Assembly (NCBI RefSeq): GCF_001194135.2
Contig: NC_068985.1
Coordinates: 55,247,557-55,311,556 of the forward strand
Origin: Octopus bimaculoides
Taxonomy: Eukaryota
Direction of reading: 5' to 3'
Length of the DNA: 64,000 bases
Shown: positions 63,744 to 64,000 of the stretch, piece after piece
How positions within the stretch are numbered: position 1 is the stretch's first letter
How the letters are laid out: the number at the start of each line of letters is the position of its first letter
The notes under the pieces: generated by a model
What the model saw: only the letters and a program-made list of their open reading frames with translations
What the model was told of the DNA's origin: nothing
Databases searched by the model: none
Translations under genes and position numbers: made by a program

Positions 63744-64000
63744 CGCGTTATTCTTAAGTAGTCGAATTTAGCACTCAGGTAAAAAACGAGACGCTCGCTA
63801 CTTGCTGTAAATGGAGGGTTGGTTATCCATCTAATACAAGAAGAAAATTGCAGATAAATTGAATAAAAACATGAAAAATAACAAAATGATATTTCATTGA
63901 AAAGTAAACCATTCTGAAAGATAGTTCAGAATGTTTTCAAAACATTTATCTCCAGTTTTTCCCATATTTTATTAAGGGTTAGGGATTATGATTAAGGTTT

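Overview
Animal genomic DNA: AT-rich, dense in (TA)/(CA)/(CATA) microsatellites, with several N gaps. The SINE, RTE and MITE repertoire looks like a coleoid cephalopod, probably Octopus (inference). One host gene is clearly supported: mitochondrial ATP synthase coupling factor 6 (ATP5PF/ATP5J) on the + strand. It has three coding exons (32503-32669, 41938-42071, 54947-55062), encodes 138 aa, and has a probable 5'UTR exon ending at 25417 inside a CpG-rich, ETS/YY1/E-box-bearing promoter region. The rest is largely transposon debris: CR1- and RTE-type LINEs, Penelope, piggyBac, mariner, pogo/Tigger, Helitron ends, MITEs and many tRNA-derived SINEs. The most notable observations are (i) a young TRIM-like miniature LTR element with a perfect tRNA-Trp primer-binding site and a tandem third LTR, (ii) an acidic Ala/Glu C-terminal extension on F6, (iii) a strongly delimited cryptic or poison exon in ATP5PF intron 3, (iv) a possible divergent minus-strand gene, and (v) decayed Penelope-type minimal hammerhead scaffolds. 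I found no evidence for a wholly new multi-gene system. All coordinates and translations were derived by hand.
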